From: Anaerolinea thermophila
GTDB lineage: Bacteria > Chloroflexota > Anaerolineae > Anaerolineales > UBA4823
DNA: 47,429 nucleotides
Reading direction: 5' to 3'
Assembly (NCBI GenBank): GCA_020724505.1
Contig: DYGV01000012.1
Location: forward strand, 1-47,429
The position numbers were made by a program, and so were the translations under genes. Of this stretch, positions 45,618 to 47,429 are shown piece after piece. The notes beneath the pieces were generated by a model that had not been told where the DNA came from, did no database searches, and saw only the letters and a program-made list of their open reading frames with translations. Position 1 is the first letter of the stretch. The number at the start of each line of letters is the position of its first letter.

Positions 45618-47429
45618 GGTCCACCCCCACGCGTGTGGGGAAAACTTGATGTGCAAGTCAGATACGATGATGATGTGCGGTCCACCCCCACGCGTGTGGG
45701 GAAAACTCCTCCTAAACAATAGATGTAATCAACCCATTTGGTCCACCCCCACGCGTGTGGGGAAAACGGTACGTGTGCGGTGATGCGCGATGAAAGTACA
45801 GGTCCACCCCCACGCGTGTGGGGAAAACGTTCCCATGTTGGTAGTGGGAAGCGCCCCACAAGGTCCACCCCCACGCGTGTGGGGAAAACGTTAACCATGC
45901 GTCGCTGCCGCTACCATATCCCGGTCCACCCCCACGCGTGTGGGGAAAACTGATCGTTCCATTCCCCGCCCTGTCGCCGACCGGTCCACCCCCACGCGTG
46001 TGGGGAAAACCACATTTCCGCTAAGTTGCTTGACGATTAGCGCGGTCCACCCCCACGCGTGTGGGGAAAACGCGACAATGATATCAGGAATGGTTGCTGC
46101 AAAAGGTCCACCCCCACGCGTGTGGGGAAAACAGAAACAACTAAAGTCGCTGGTCGTCGGGGTAAGGTCCACCCCCACGCGTGTGGGGAAAACGTTTGCC
46201 AGCGCTAACACGTTGGCCAGGTCACGGCTCCACCCCCACGCGTGTGGGGAAAACGTGGAAATGCGGTCGTTATTGCGGTGGATGCCAGGTCCACCCCCAC
46301 GCGTGTGGGGAAAACCACTCAATCGTCAAAATTCCTGGCTCACCAGGCGGTCCACCCCCACGCGTGTGGGGAAAACATGATTATCCAGATGCGCAGATTG
46401 TTTATGGCCGGTCCACCCCCACGCGTGTGGGGAAAACAATAGATGTGTTGACAAGCTCCATTGGTGAATAGGTCCACCCCCACGCGTGTGGGGAAAACAT
46501 ATGCTGGCAATGCCATTGAATCATGGTCATAGGTCCACCCCCACGCGTGTGGGGAAAACTCTACACTATTCTTCAATTCTAGTACCCCCTCAGGTCCACC
46601 CCCACGCGTGTGGGGAAAACGCCGCACATTTGGTGCAATGAAATGGGCTGATAGGTCCACCCCCACGCGTGTGGGGAAAACGTTATCGTGCAAGGCATAC
46701 CGGCGGGGCGATCCGGTCCACCCCCACGCGTGTGGGGAAAACTTCCACCTTCCGCATATCCACCAGCAAATTTACGGTCCACCCCCACGCGTGTGGGGAA
46801 AACTCCATCACCTGGCCGCCTGAAACATTCGATGATGGTCCACCCCCACGCGTGTGGGGAAAACCCGAAAATGACCAGACCGATCCGATCGTCTCACCGT
46901 CCACCCCCACGCGTGTGGGGAAAACCCGCGGCTATCAGAACGCCCATAATCCCCATAAGGTCCACCCCCACGCGTGTGGGGAAAACGATAATATTTCCGC
47001 CTGCACCTGATCCTGTTCCGGTCCACCCCCACGCGTGTGGGGAAAACACCTATTACGCCAACCGCTGCTGCTAATGGATAGGTCCACCCCCACGCGTGTG
47101 GGGAAAACGCAATGAGCGATGTTGCTATTCCAGAACCCTAGGTCCACCCCCACGCGTGTGGGGAAAACGAATTTGCTGCATTGGCACGTGTCCACGGTAA
47201 AGGTCCACCCCCACGCGTGTGGGGAAAACTACCAGCGGGGCGTTATGGCTTGTTCTATGAGGTCCACCCCCACGCGTGTGGGGAAAACAGCCTGATTGCG
47301 CTCTTCTCTGGTCATCTGTTCGGTCCACCCCCACGCGTGTGGGGAAAACGAACATTGCGCACAAGGAATGTAAAACTCACCCGGTCCACCCCCACGCGTG
47401 TGGGGAAAACACGATGCAACCATCATCAA
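45618..47429 (-). CRISPR. CRISPR array with 30 repeats, type I-E-like, continuing beyond the window end
   Basis: The 28-nt repeat is GGTCCACCCCCACGCGTGTGGGGAAAAC on the plus strand and GTTTTCCCCACACGCGTGGGGGTGGACC on the minus strand. It recurs at 61-nt periodicity (26 intervals of 61, two of 60, one of 59) from 45618 to 47410, followed by a partial spacer. The internal palindrome is CCCCAC/GTGGGG. The minus-strand form starts GTTTTCCCC and ends GGGGGTGGACC, like I-E repeats, so the strand call is an inference. Confidence 0.95.

Noticed and set aside
45707-46470. A shared AATAGATGT 9-mer between spacer 2 (45707-45739) and spacer 14 (46438-46470), as evidence of two spacers from the same target
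   Set aside because: A single shared 9-mer among 29 spacers is about what chance predicts, and the flanking bases diverge immediately.
45471-47429. About 20 overlapping track ORFs on both strands with recurring peptides (PHTRGGGP, HPHACGEN, PPPRVWGK, FPTRVGVD) that look superficially like a repeat-protein family
   Set aside because: They are translations of the 28-nt CRISPR repeat in different frames. The periodicity is exactly the 61-nt repeat-spacer unit, and the variable parts are spacers.

Overview
The 47.4-kb window is densely coding on both strands: about 40 protein genes, one tRNA and one large CRISPR array that runs off the right edge. The protein styles suggest a Chloroflexota-like (Anaerolineae-type) chromosome: a 1370-aa SecA, a DnaE with a Pro-rich tail, many PD40/TolB-like lipoproteins and a Hanks kinase. 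That taxonomic guess is inference only.

Positions 1-29 kb are mainly housekeeping. They hold a Ser/Thr kinase, pfkA, a DAG-kinase-like lipid kinase, a frameshifted P5C dehydrogenase, a CoA-transferase A/B pair split by an alpha/beta hydrolase, dnaE, secA, add, mutM, a GNAT, meaB plus the B12-binding mutase subunit, an S1 protease and a DUF45 metallohydrolase.

Positions 29-47 kb look more accessory:
- Two PD40 beta-propeller proteins and an unlisted 51-aa Pmp3-like ORF.
- A tightly linked gene pair: a coiled-coil/papain-like protein carrying an in-frame TAG, followed by a 1090-aa lipase-CHAT fusion.
- A second adenosine deaminase.
- A copper/redox cluster: a PCYCGC lipoprotein, two orphan CuA-type cupredoxins (one fused to cytochrome c), a NapH/CcoG-type polyferredoxin, a DUF1573-like protein with an in-frame TGA followed by a hairpin, and DsbA.
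- tRNA-Val(CAC) and a degraded transposase fragment fused base-to-base to a 30-repeat type I-E-like CRISPR array with no cas genes in the window.

The best candidate for an undescribed system is the two-gene module at 32.8-37.4 kb. I read it as a putative conflict or programmed-cell-death effector that joins a lipase to a caspase-like CHAT protease. All functional calls come from motif recognition by eye, since no searches could be run.
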